A DNA stretch of 63,622 nucleotides, counting the filler, from Chiloscyllium plagiosum (taxonomy: Eukaryota): the NCBI RefSeq assembly GCF_004010195.1. It is 3 parts of one record of this genome, joined end to end, with 100 filler letters (N's around TTAATTAATTAA, not from the genome) between each part and the next. Parts side by side here need not be neighbours in the genome. Positions count along the whole stretch, not along the records: positions 29,091 to 59,324 come from NC_057714.1; 2 more parts are not named here. One strand, written 5' to 3'. This document shows positions 39,941 to 52,609 of the stretch, one piece after another. Position 1 is the stretch's first letter. Each line of letters starts with the position of its first letter. Made by a program: the position numbers and the translations under genes. Under the pieces are notes generated by a model, which worked only from the letters and a program-made list of their open reading frames with translations, had not been told where the DNA came from and made no database searches.

Positions 39941-40429
39941 TACTTATTAAATTAAGTCACAATTATTGAACCACTTTGTAAACTAAAACAAAAATCTTGG
40001 GTTTTTCTACATCTTACAAGAGGTTTTTGTACTTTTCAACATCTATGCGCCCAAAATGAACCAGCTTATTTTTTAAAGCTTACATTATTCTATATACTTG
40101 ACTTTTTTCCCTAATGATGTTTAATTTAGTCTGCAGGTTTGGACAATTTTATGGGCAGGACCTACTTCCAGCACGATCACTTTAGAAATAATCAAAAGGC
40201 TCGGAAACAAAAGCTGCACCAAACAAACCATGATAACAAAACATTATAGGACTTTTTGTATCGATTACACGAACATTGCCTCAAGTGCACCAAGCAGCAG
40301 CACAATCAAACAAAAATTCCAGGCTTACATCTTTATGCTTCGTAGAGTTAGTATATATGCTTTGTTCAGAATTACGCTTGTATGAAATACAGAAGAAGTC
40401 TGTCTAAAGCATTGGTATTAGTAATGTGC

Positions 40430-40663
40430 AATCGATGGCACTGCCCCACTCACCTATTGTACTCTATGCTACTTTCTCCCCATCCCCACCCTCCTCTAGC
40501 TTATCTCTCCACGCTTCAGGCTCTCTGCCTTTATTCCTGATGAAGGGCTTTTGCCCGAAACGTCGATTTTACTGCTCCTCGAATGCTGCCTGAACTGCTG
40601 TGCTCTTCCAGCACCACTAATCCAGAATCTGGTTTCCAGCATCTGCAGTCATTGTTTTTACCT
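40430..40663 (+). mobile_element. PLE 3' end and pLTR (variant A)
   Basis: Highly similar to 35580-35795. Confidence 0.9.
40533..40568 (+). ncRNA. Minimal hammerhead ribozyme motif (variant A), core intact
   Basis: ATTC-CTGATGA-A-GGGC-TTTT-GCCC-GAAA-CGTC-GATT. Confidence 0.75.
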
Positions 40664-41489
40664 TCATCCCCTCAAGTCTGTTCTGCTATTCTAGATCATG
40701 GCTGAATGTCTACTGTAAGGCCATTTTCCTGCACTTGCATTATCTCCTTTGCTGTCATTAATATCTAGGAATTAACTGCTTTCTTGAACATACCCATTGA
40801 CTGACATTCCACGGCTCTCTTAGAACTCCAAAGCCTCTTTAGCTTCAGAGTGAAGAAATTGCTCGCCATCTCAGTTCTAAATGGCTTACCCCTTATTTTA
40901 AATCTGTGTTCTCTGCCTCTACAACCCACTTTCCTCCCCTGAACAGCCAAGGAAAACATTCTTTCTGCATCTCCACTGTCTCGCTGTGTAAAAATGTTAG
41001 AAGTTTCAATGAGATCATCTCTCGTTCTTTTAAACTGCAGAAAATACTGATGTCTCTGACCTGTACAAATGAACTGCTATAGAGTAATAGGATTTACTTG
41101 AGCAGTATGTATGATGATGCCAGTTTCACAGGATTGTGCAGAATACTAGGAGAGAATAAAGACTTGAACAAGGTCTTGAGAGAATGTTTGTATGAATCAA
41201 GCTGTTTTAATAAAGAGTTATCTTGAAAATTCCAAACACCTGGACCTTGTGAGCCTAAACAGAGTTAGATGCCATACACACTTTAAAATATGACCAACCC
41301 TCTGAAATGGGAAATTCCTCCTCAGCTCCATCTTAAATGAGAGGCCCCTTATTTTGTTAATTCAATTTTTATTATCATTTATTTTCATGCCATTGCATGA
41401 GAGATTAAAATTGATCAGGGAGAAAGGGACTACTCATCTTATTTAAGAAGCAAACGTTGATTGAAGTCTACCTGATAACACAAATGGGA

Positions 41490-43665
41490 TTGTGCCTTTG
41501 GTGATAGCGATCACAATTCTGTTATGTTTACTTTAATGATAGAAAGGGATAGGTGCATACCACTGGGCAAGAGTTACAGCTGGGGGAAAGGCAATTACGA
41601 TGTGATTAGGCAAGATTTAGGAAGCATAGGATGGGGAAGGAAACTGCTGGGGATGGGCACATTAGAAATGTAGAGCTTATTCAAGGAAAAGCCCCTAAGC
41701 ATCCTGGGTAAGTATGTACCTATCAAGCAGGGAGGAAGCTGTAGAGCGGGGGAGCCGTGGTTTACGAAGGAAGTGGAATCTCTGGTCAAGAGGAAGAAGA
41801 AGAAGGCTTATGTTAGGATGAGATGTACAGGCTCAGTTAGGGCGCTTGAGGGTTACAAGGTAGCTAGGAAAGACCTAATGAGAGAGCTCAGAAGAGCCAG
41901 GAGGAGACATGAGAAGTTGTTGGCGGATAGGATCAGGGTAAACCCTAAGGCTTTCTATAGGTATTTAAGGAATAAAAGAATGACAAGAGTAAGATTAGAG
42001 CCAATCAAGGATAGTAGTGGGAAGTTGTGTGTGGAGTCAGAGGAGATGGGGAAGCACATAACGAATATTTTTTGACAGTATTCATTCTAGAAAATGACAA
42101 TGTTGTCAAGGAGAATACTGAGATACAGGCTACTAGACTAGGTGGGATTGAGGTTCACAAGGAAGAGGTATTAGAAATCCTGCAGAGTGTGAAAATAGAT
42201 AAGTCCCCAGGGCCAGATGGGATTTATCATAGGATCCTCTGGGAAGCCAGGGAGGAGATTGCCGAGCCTTTGGCATTGATCTTTAAATCGTCATTGTCTA
42301 CAGGAAAAGTGCCAGAAGACTGGAGGATAGTAAATGTGGTTCCCCTGTTCAAGAAGGGGAGTAGAGACAACCCTGGTAATTATAGTCCAGTGAGCCTTAC
42401 TTCAGTTGTTGGTAAAGTGTTGGAAAAGGTTATAAGAGATAGGATTTATAATCATCTAGAAAATAATAATTTGATTAGGGATAGTCAGCACGGTTTTGTG
42501 AAGGGTAGGTCGTGCCTCACAAACCTTATTGAGTTCTTTGAGAAGGTGACCAAACAGGTAGATGAGAGTAAACCAGTTGATGTGGTGTATATGAATCGCA
42601 GCAAGGCGTTCGATAAGGTTCCTCACAGTAGACTATTGTACAAAATGCGAAGGAATGGGATTGTGGGAGATATAGCAGTTTGGATCAGCAATTGGCTTGC
42701 TGAAAGGAGACAGAGGGTGGTGGTTGATGAGAAATGTTCATCCTGGAGTCCAGTTACCAGTGGTGNNNNNNNNNNNNNNNNNNNNNNNNNNNNNNNNNNN
42801 NNNNNNNNNNNNNNNNNNNNNNNNNNNNNNNNNNNNNNNNNNNNNNNNNNNNNNNNNNNNNNNNNNNNNNNNNNNNNNNNNNNNNNNNNNNNNNNNNNNN
42901 NNNNNNNNNNNNNNNNNNNNNNNNNNNNNNNNNNNNNNNNNNNNNNNNNNNNNNNNNNNNNNNNNNNNNNNNNNNNNNNNNNNNNNNNNNNNNNNNNNNN
43001 NNNNNNNNNNNNNNNNNNNNNNNNNNNNNNNNNNNNNNNNNNNNNNNNNNNNNNNNNNNNNNNNNNNNNNNNNNNNNNNNNNNNNNNNNNNNNNNNNNNN
43101 NNNNNNNNNNNNNNNNNNNNNNNNNNNNNNNNNNNNNNNNNNNNNNNNNNNNNNNNNNNNNNNNNNNNNNNNNNNNNNNNNNNGAGGGGGCATAGCTTTA
43201 AATTGAGGGGTGATAGATATAGGACAGATGTCAGAGGTAGTTTATTTATTCAGAGAGTAGTAAGGGTATGGAATGCTTTGCCTGCAACGGTAGTAGATGC
43301 TGAAAATGTGTTGCTGGAAAAGCGCAGCAGGTCAGGCAGCATCCAGGGAACAGGAGAATCAACGTTTCGGGCATAAGCCCTTCTTCGTGCTTATGCCCGA
43401 AACGTCGATTCTCCTGTTTCCTGGATGCTGCCTGACCTGCTGCGCTTTTCCAGCAACACATTTTCAGCTCTGATCTCCAGCATCTGCAGATCTCACTTTC
43501 TCCACGGTAGTAGATGCGCCAACGTTAAGTACATTTAAGTCGTCATTGGACAAGCATATGGATGTACATGGAATAGTGTTGGTTAGATGGGCTTCAGATT
43601 GGTATGACAGGTCGACGCAACATTGAGGGCTGAAGGGCCTGTACTGCGCTGTAATGTTCTATGTT
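41490..43665 (+). mobile_element. Long CR1 LINE ORF2 segment with an N gap (42766-43183) and a fold-back pLTR insertion (43301-43503)
   Basis: KSPGPDGI, VPEDWRIVNVVPLFKKG, NYSPVSLTSVVGK, SQHGFVKGRSCLTNL, KAFDKVPH; insertion TSD acggtagtagatgc at 43287-43300 and 43504-43517. Confidence 0.95.
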
Positions 43666-44697
43666 AACATCTCATGTAAAGGACTGCACCTTTGTTAGTA
43701 CAACAGTCTTTCCTTCCAATGGCAGCATGGACTAGATGTATACTCGAGTTTCTGGATAGAGGTTTGAATCCACAGCATTCTGACCAAGACTAGCGATCCA
43801 CCACATTCAATAACAGTCTGTGTCTCGGCAGGATCCCTTGACTCCATTCCTTTCTACCATCACAAGTGGTTGTATACAGCATTGAGGAGATAACCCTGTA
43901 TATCTCCAAACTTTCCACTTTGCAGTAATTCCAACAGCTCATCTCAGCCTGTTGTACTGGTGTTACTGAACATTATTTCACTGAGGCACTGGCAAATTTG
44001 CCTCAGCCCTGAAATCTGGAATTTTCCTAAAGCTCTCTCCAGCTATATTCTCCTCGGACATGTTCCTTTTTTAGACCAGGTGTTTGGCCAGCTGTCCTAA
44101 TATCTCCATGTGGTTTGGTGCCAAATTTTAATTGAAAGCATTTAGACGCTTTTCTATGCTGAAGGGGCTATATAAATGCAAGTTGTTCTTGTAGTAAATT
44201 AGTACCCTGGAGAGTAAGAGGTCATAATTCTACCTTGGCAAGTTTTGAAATAGATCTAAAAACAAACCTTGCAATTTCTGGGCTAACACCAAGATGAATG
44301 GTAATGAAATTACTGCATCGTCATAGAAACCTAAATGGTTCACTGTCATCATCCAAGGATGTGTATTTCACCTCCATGTGACTTATCACATTATGTGGTT
44401 GACTTTCAATGCCTTGGGAGGAATCAGATTGAACAATAAATACTGCCTTGTTCATTATCATCTAAATCACAAGAATAATAAAATAAAACCTCTATCCTTT
44501 ATTTCTAAACATTTGCCGTTCTGCAGTTTCAGCAATGTACTGAAAATAGCAGAGCTGTTTAAAGTGTGAGATTCTTTTACACCATGACAGGAACCTCTGA
44601 ACATGTTCCAGAAGAAAGAGCAGCTTACAAAGAATATTGGCTCTCTGTGCTTGTTTAAATGAATGTGGGAATCCCCTCTCGTCTCAACAAAAACAAT

Positions 44698-44790
44698 CAC
44701 TTCAGAAAGAAATGATGATTTCCCAATGCTCGGAAAACCCACAGTTAGTTGACTTTGTTTAATTAATCAACGGGATAGAGATGCAAATGA
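44698..44790 (-). pseudogene. Possible relic of an Obg/NOG1-type GTPase P-loop exon
   Basis: SLSR*LIKQSQLTVGFPSIGKSSFLSEV resembles GTPBP4 HLSRL..CGYPNVGKSSFINKV; in-frame stop and no clean acceptor. Confidence 0.3.
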
Positions 44791-45184
44791 ACAGAATTTA
44801 CCTTTCTATAACCCTATGTACAAATGGCAAAATTTACAGTTATCCAGAATTCATTTTCTAAACTGAAAGATTTAATTGTTGACAAATGTTGTTATTAACT
44901 GTTCTATTAAGTTCTCTACTAATAGCAAACCAATATTTAACTAAATCGATTGTATTATGTTTGAGTGCAGTGTTCTTGAGTATTGTTGAAGATTTTAATC
45001 TTCTGATGATTAGGACAAGGACAGTTAGGAATGAACAATAAATGCTAGACTTGATAGTAATAAATACATCCCACAAATAAACAAAATATAAAATGAATAA
45101 TTTGTAAGACACACCAATGTAAAGAGCAAACAATATTTGTACTGTATGTCAGGAGATTGTTGATTGGTTAGCACAGGGATGATA

Positions 45185-45310
45185 AGCTGATGAACAGTTT
45201 ATGCTTGAAACATCAATTCGCCTGCTCCTCAGATGCTGCCTGACCTGCTGTGCTTTTCCAGCACCACACTCTCGACTCTGATCTCAAGCATCTGCAGTCC
45301 TCACTTTCTC
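45185..45310 (+). mobile_element. Solo PLE pLTR (variant A), decayed
   Basis: CTGATGAacagtttatgcttGAAAcatc followed by the pLTR body. Confidence 0.8.
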
Positions 45311-46379
45311 TCAGTAGTGAGCTTTGATTGTTGCGATGTTGCCATGGAGAATGTACTGTTAGATGATGACTGACAGTTAATTGCAAGCTTTGTTTCGTAT
45401 TCACACCAAATGGGTTGACTAATTGTTCAAGGTATTACCCTGAGAATGGCTGTTTCTTCTTTCGCTGAGTTGAAGCAAGCACAATTTGTGTACTTTGGTG
45501 ATCTTTTATTTACAAATATACATTAATATATTAGTTGGTAACTGTGGTTATTATCTGACTGGTGCATTCAGCTTTGTAATGCCTTTACTAATCAGTATCC
45601 ATTCACTAACCAGTGAGCACTCTCTTCATATTCAGTATCAATGTTGTTTTCTCTTTACATTACTAGCTCTTGTCAATCGTCCTGATGAGTGCAAAATGAA
45701 AACATCAATCAATTTAGTCTTTTATTAGCAATACTCATGTTAGTTACTACCAAATGACTATTTGATATGTTCTTAATTCATGTTTAATGTTTAATTCCAT
45801 GGTAGGCTCTCAATATGTTTTATGTCAATGTCAATATAGTGAGTTCTCAAATGGAGGTGGGATAATAAGCTAAAAGAAAGCAGATTTATTCAATGAGTCA
45901 AGTTATTCAATGAGTCAAGTGCTTTCTCATTGGCTATATGGAAGGGAAGACAAAGTTGTTTTCGAAAAGCACTGAAGTCAGAACCAAGTTTACTGGTCAG
46001 TCATTTCCATGATTGTCATACCATCATTGTTTGAGAATCTTGTGTTCAAAAAAACTGTTGCATTTGTCCAGTTACAACAATCGCCGGTCTCCAAAGGTTT
46101 TCAAGTATTCTGGTAGATGGGATTAACATCTATAGAAGTGCATGTCTTTCTCTCTTCACTGAACTAGGCATGATGAGTTAGCCTTAGTGGCCATCACTGG
46201 AGCGACACTTTTGAATAACAATTCTCCTAAGATCCACGAATAACAAAAGAATGTCATTTTTCTGTAGTAAGCTTCCCAGTTAGCTAAAAACTGAAGTTGA
46301 CACTGTAGTAATATTATTTGTTAATTTCTCTTTGGCTAGGGAATAAATGACAGGGATATAGCACTGTTATGGATTGCAT

Positions 46380-47770
46380 ATGTTATTCCCTTGTTCATGA
46401 AAGGGAATAGGGATTACCCTGGGAATCACAGACCAGTCAATCTTATATCGGTAATAGGTAAATTATTAAGAGGATTCTGAGAGACTGGATTTATGATTAT
46501 TTGGAAAGGCTTAATTTGAATAGAGATAGTCAGCATGGCTGTGTGAGGGGCAGGTCATGCCTCACAAGCCTTATTTAATTCTTTGAGGACGTGACAAAAC
46601 ACATTGATGAAGGTTGAGCAGTGGATGTGGTGTACATGGACTTTAGCAAAGCGTTTGATAACATTCCCTATGATAGGCTCATTCAGAGAATAAGGAGGCA
46701 TAGGATACAGGGAAATTTGGCTGGCTGGCCCACAGAAGACAGAGGGTGGTAGTAGATGGAAAGCATTCAGCCTGGAGGTCAGTGACCAGTGCGTTCTGCA
46801 GGGATCTGTTGTGGCACCTCTGCTCTTTGGGATTTTTATAAATTACTTGGATGAGGAAGTGGAAGGGTGAGTTAGTCACTTTGCTGATGACACAAAGGTT
46901 GGTGGAGCTGTGGATAGTGTGGAGGTCTGTTGTAGGTTGTAACAGAACCTTGGCAGGATGCAGAACTGGACTGAGAAGTGGCAGGTGGAGTTCAATCTGG
47001 AAAAGTGTGAAGTGATTCGTTTTGGAAGATCGAATTTGAATGCAGATTATATGGTTAAAAGCAGGATTCTTTGTAGTGTGGAGGAACAGAGGGATCTTGG
47101 TGTCAATGTCCATAGATCCCACAAATTTGTCATCCAAGTTGATAGGTTTGTTAAGAAGGCGTATGGTGTGTTGGCAGGGGGATTGAAATGATGAGCCATG
47201 AGATTATGCTGCAGCTCTCTAGAGCCCTGGTTAGACCACACTTGGAATATTGCACTTGGTTCTGGTTGCCTCATTGTAGGAAGGATGTGGAAGCTTTAGA
47301 GAGGATACAGAGGAGATTTACCAGGTTGCTGCCTGGCCTGGAGGGCATGTCTTATGAAGAAAGGTTGAGGGAGCTAAAACTTTTCTCATTGGAGTGAAGA
47401 AGGATGAGAGGTGACTTGATAGAGGTGTACAAGATGATGAGAGGCAGAGATAGAGTGGAAAGCCAGAGATATTTTCCCAGGGTGGAAATGGCGATCACGA
47501 GGGGGCATAGTTTTAAGGTGATTGGAGGAAGGTTTGTGGGAGATGTCAGAAGTATGGTCTTTACACAGAGAGTGATGGATGTGTGGAATGCACTGTCAGC
47601 AGTGGTAGAGTCAGATACATTACGGACTTTTAAGCAACTCTTAGATAGGCACATGGTTGATAGTAAAATCAAGGGTATGTAGGTTAGTTTGATCTTAGAA
47701 TAGGGTAGAAGATCAGCTCAACCTCGAGGGCCAAAGGGTGTGTACTGTGCTGTACTGTTCTATGTTCTAT
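46380..47770 (+). mobile_element. CR1 LINE RT and 3' end
   Basis: FADDTKVGG, WQVEFNLEKCEV, LVRPHLEYC, MRGDLIEVYKMM; ttctatg tail. Confidence 0.92.
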
Positions 47771-49214
47771 ATCCTGTGGCATTTGTGTCTCCACCCGTGT
47801 CTTGTCATAGAGCAATGTTGACACTGGAATAATTTTGTCTCTTTCCTCCCTGAAGGCGAACAACACTCAGGAAGTTTCTAAAATTCAAAGGAAGATAATT
47901 TGAAGAATCATAAAGTGAAAATAAAGTGAAAGTAAAAATAATTTTCAATTTGGAATTCCCCCATGAGAAAAAGTGTCCGCCATCTGGCATTTTACAATAG
48001 GCATTGTATTTTTAATGACTCATTCAATCCTAAGATCTGCAACAATTTGTATTTTTTAACAATAGTTAGAAAAGATATTCCTGTGATGTTTGTTTACGTT
48101 GGCTGCTCTTACTGAAAAGTAATAAGCATGGCTTCAGTCTCGACATCACACTAGTGGTGTTGCACAAGTCTCAGTTATTCACATTATGTATTAACAGCTT
48201 GGTTAATGGTATGGAAAATCATTTTTGCTGATGTCACAAAGTTAAGCTGCATTGTAGACAGTGGAGATGATAGCATAACACTACAAAGGGATATTGATAG
48301 ACTAAGTAGAGGAGCAAAACAGTGGCAAATCGAGTTCAATGTAAGCAAGTGTGAGGTTATCCAATGGCCTGACATGCTAATGTGCGGACTGGTGTGCTGT
48401 GAAGGTCACAGCTTTAAGAACAGTAGTTAAACACCTCTGCACTGCAGGTAAAGGAAAGGGAATTCAACTCTCAGTGCTGCTACTGTTGAAAGGAACCAGG
48501 CCAAAAGAATTTCAATCAGCCTACAAAGCCCTGAACCTCAGAATCAATGATTTAACTACTAACTTCAAAACTTCCAGAAATAAATACTGTAACAACTAGA
48601 GCATTCTACTATGCATGTTTCATTAATGGCTTGGGAACTAGCAAGTATCTTTTATTAATTTTTATTGGAATAATTTCTTATTCTTAATCTGCATATATAT
48701 GTGCTGTGTTATTATTTCTTCTTGCATCTAATGAAGTAATAAATTCAATATCTTTCTCACAGGGACAGCCCTCAATGTTTACTCCTTCCTGTGTAAGGGG
48801 AGTACCACTAATTACAAAGGAGTAGAAAAGACTTTCTTAAGTGTATACCAGTTGGCACTGGTCGAAAAGTCCGTATAGGTCACAGCCTGACCAGACAGAC
48901 ATGGAATTCAAAAGGTTTTAAACAGCTTGCTTTTACCAATAGGTATGGGCACTTAAGTCAGAAATCACGTACAGAAATCTCCATAAAATAATTCTCCTTG
49001 AAAAGCACAAACAGGTCCTTACCCTTCCCAATAAGAATGTACTCAGAGGACGAGAGCATGACAGGGTCCAGGCAGGCAGCCACTTTGCTGATGATTATGA
49101 ATTGATCTACAAACCCCTGTTTCTGAAGAACACATCTGTGGTCACCCCCAGTGAACTGGAAAGGACAGGAAACTGAGCATCCCTGGGAGTTCAGCACCAT
49201 TTACAACTCTTTAG

Positions 49215-50390
49215 GTACTGAAGCAGTCCAAATGCAACAAGACCTGGACAGTATCTCCAATATTCAGTATCTCCAATGAGAGGTGATCTAATTACCACCC
49301 CACGATATTCAATGATGTTACCATCACTAGTCCCCCACTATCAACATCCTGGAGGTTACCATTGACCAAAAGCTGAACTGAACTGGGCAAATAAATGCAG
49401 TGGCTACAAGAGCAGAATACTGGATAAGACCATAAGACCATAAGATAGGAGCAGGAATTAAGCCATTTAGCCCATCGAGTCTGCTCCATTATTCAATCAT
49501 GGCTGATAATTTTCTCAACCCCATTCTCCTGCTTTCTCCCCATAACCCTTGATCCCCTTTATACTCCAGAATTTATCTATCTCAGTCTTAAATATACTCA
49601 GTGACCTGGCAACCACAGCCTTCTGTGGCAATGAATTTCATAGATTCACCACCCTCTGGCCGAAGAAGGTTCCCCTTATCTCCATTCTAAAAGGTCTTCC
49701 CTGTTCTCTGAGTCTGTGAACTTGGGGGTTCCAGTCGCTTCCATCAATGGAAACATCTTCCCAACATCTACACTGTCCAGGCTATTCAGTATTCTGTAAG
49801 TTTCAATTAGATCACACACCTCCTCCCCCCCCCCCCCTCCCCCCACCCCCTCACCCCCAATCTGCTAAACCCAGAGTCCTGAAACATTCCTCATATGTTA
49901 AGCTTTTCATTCTCGTGGACCTCCTCTGAACATGCTCCAGGATCATTACATCTTTCCTGAGATATGGGGCCCAAAAATGCACACAATATTCCAAATGTGG
50001 TCTGACCAAAGCCTTATAGAGCCTCAGAAGTATATTCCTGCTTTTACATTCAGTGAGTAACTCACCTCCTGACTCCCCAAAGCCCATTCACTATGTACAA
50101 GGCACAAGTCAGGAGTGTGATGGAATACACCTCATCTGCCTGGGTGAGTGCAGCTCCAACAAGCTCAAGAAGTTTGACTCCATCCAGGAGAGATCAGTCT
50201 GCTTGATTGTCACCACATTTACAAATAGCCACTCTGCCCACCACAAATACACAGAAATAGCAGTGTATAATATCTACAAAAAACACTGCAGAAATTCACC
50301 ATGGATCTTAAGACAGCATTTTTAAACACATGATCACTTCCATCTAGAAGGACAAGAATAACAGATGTATAGGATCATCACCACCTGCAA
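49215..50390. mobile_element. Second-family LINE 3' part (+) interrupted by a CR1 3' end (-, about 49423-50051)
   Basis: Minus-strand LYKALVRPHLEYCVHFWAPYLRKD; plus-strand tacaaggcacaagtcaggagtgtgatggaatac (YKAQVRSVMEY). Confidence 0.75.
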
Positions 50391-50431
50391 GAGACAAGCT
50401 GGGTTGTACCTCCTTAGCTCGATGCTATGCA

Positions 50432-50965
50432 GATGTAGGGGAGACCCTGCCTAAAAGACAACATCCCTATCATCTTGGCCCAGAAAAACTGGCCAAGGTT
50501 TGGGAGGAGATTGACTTTATGCTAGAGAACCAGCTAATAGAGACTCCACATAGGAGCTAGAGCTACCCAGTTGTGCTCTATTCCACGCCAGGCGGCTCTG
50601 TAAGGTTCTGCATTGACTACTGAAAAATTAGTGAGCAGACAATTGATTGATTAAGTGATTGATTGATTGATTTATTATCATGTGTACCGAAGTACATTGA
50701 AAAGCTTTGTTTACGTACAGTACAGACAGGTCATAGTAAGCAAGGATGTACAGCTCAAAAAGATTAGACAGAGGCAGAGACTTAGATGACCGTTGTGTGA
50801 TACTATAGACGTAAGGTTAAATAGATAGGGGAGGTAAAGCATTCTACACAACAAAAGTAGTTTTACTCAAGGGAGAACTGGCAAATTGACTTGACTGCCT
50901 AAGCAAAGGAAACTTCTGTCTTTGTAACTTGAAGTGGTTTATACCTGTGTCAAGTCACTCCATTG
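50432..50965 (+). mobile_element. Ty3/Gypsy reverse transcriptase relic, interrupted at about 50640-50820
   Basis: PKRQHPY..EEIDFMLENQLIE..S*SYPVVL..GGSVRFCIDY*KI and TKVVLLKG/WQIDLT..AKETSVFVT*SGLY..VTP. Confidence 0.8.
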
Positions 50966-51027
50966 TAATAACCTCAATGTTCTACTATCAATTCTTCATG
51001 AAGGACTCACAGACCGACTCTCGAGGA

Positions 51028-51065
51028 AGTTCTGAGGAAGGGTCACTTGACCCGAAACGTTAACT
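51028..51065 (+). ncRNA. Minimal hammerhead ribozyme motif (variant C), intact, at the 5' end of a solo pLTR (to about 51145)
   Basis: AGTT-CTGAGGA-A-GGGTC-ACTT-GACCC-GAAA-CGTT-AACT; perfect stems I and II; predicted cleavage after GUU at 51061. Confidence 0.8.
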
Positions 51066-51519
51066 CTGATTTCTCTCCACAGATGCTGCCTGACCTGCTG
51101 AGCTTTTCCAGCAAATTCTGTTTTTGTTTCTGATTTACAGCATCCATGGTTGTATTGGTTTTTACTGAGAGAAGACAAGGTCCATCTACTTTACATTCAA
51201 CCACTGGTGGTCATGTGACATTATGTTTTCTGGCAGAGCATTTTGAGAACCATCCATGCCAAACTCACAACACCCAATATGCCCACAAGAAAGCAGGAGG
51301 AAGGGCAGATGCAAATGTTCCCCCAAACACCACCAAAGGAAACTTTTCTGTGGATGATCAGTATTAAATTGGTATCTTTTGCTGACAGGACCCACAAAAA
51401 GTGGTGAAATCATTTTGGGCCTGAAAATCGAGGCTTTAATCATGAAAGATAATGAAATTGTTTACCGATCATGGCAATCTATATCTATCGATTAGTGTAC
51501 AAAAGGCCTGTAAAGGACC

Positions 51520-51620
51520 TTATGGTGTAATGGTAGTGTCCTTTCCTCTAAGCCAGGAATCCTAGGTTCAAGTCCCACTTACTCCAGAGGTGTGGAATAA
51601 CATAACTGAACAAGTTGATT
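51520..51620 (+). mobile_element. tRNA-derived SINE head fragment
   Basis: A box TGGTGTAATGG and B box GGTTCAAGTCC; no complete cloverleaf. Confidence 0.55.
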
Positions 51621-51717
51621 AGGAAAAAATAATATATATGGACAAAAACTAAAAGACCCAGTAATGATCCAAGGAAAGCCATAGTAAAGGAAAGAGTTTG
51701 TGCATTAGCTTTAACAG

Positions 51718-51900
51718 GAGAAAGTGAGGTCTGCAGATGCTGGAGATCAGAGCTGAAAATGTGTTGCTGGAAAAGCGCAGCAGGTCAGGCAGCATCCAGG
51801 GAACAGGAGAATCGACGTTTCGGGCATAAGCCCTTCTTCAGGAATTCCTGTTCCCTGGATGCTGCCTGACCTGCTGCGCTTTTCCAGCAACACATTTTCA
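51718..51900. mobile_element. Young fold-back pLTR insertion (variant A) with an intact minus-strand hammerhead at 51810-51845
   Basis: TSD gcattagctttaacag at 51702-51717 and 51901-51916; reverse complement ATTC-CTGAAGA-A-GGGC-TTAT-GCCC-GAAA-CGTC-GATT. Confidence 0.9.
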
Positions 51901-52609
51901 GCATTAGCTTTAACAGACAGAAAATAACGATCACTCAGTTACAGTGCTTTGGAACCAATATCGCAACTTCATTGAATATGTATTAGCCTTTCTTGATATC
52001 TTTATTAAAGTTCCTAAATGGATCAATATGCACAGTTTATTGGTTGTAAATTTATATCTTCTATTTTCAAACTTTCAAGATGTAACAAAAATAGGTAATT
52101 CATGACAGGACTGACATATGCAATGTACAGTAATTTATTATTGAAGTGGTTGCAATTTGAAACTCCTTGTCTACAGCGAGGAGATAGAGAAGTGCAATTT
52201 GTCTTGTTCAGTAACCTCAGTTAAATTAATCATTAGAATACACAATGCTGCATCTGATACAGAGAAAGTACTTTGGAATTACAACTAGAAACCGTTTAGA
52301 ATGCACAGCAAATTCAGCTGGAGACCTGAGCTCCTATCTGGTTAGTATTTGCAGATTTCCTTTATCTCTGCAACCGATCATGCTTTGGAGACAAAAGATT
52401 AATACATTATTCTCAAAGTTAATATGTAATCCCTGTTATTCTTTCCACATTCCCTCTTTCTCTTTGAGGACACCACAAAGAAGTAAAATGATTATTTCCT
52501 TAACAATATCAGTCATGTTCCCAGTTAGCGTCTGAGTCAGAGGGTCGTGGGTTCAAGCTCTACTCCAGAGATTTAAGTACATAATGTGCATTGCACTTTA
52601 ATGCCATAT

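Noticed and set aside
42697..43376. Long ORFs containing X runs
   Set aside because: Artefacts of translating through the N gap inside a CR1
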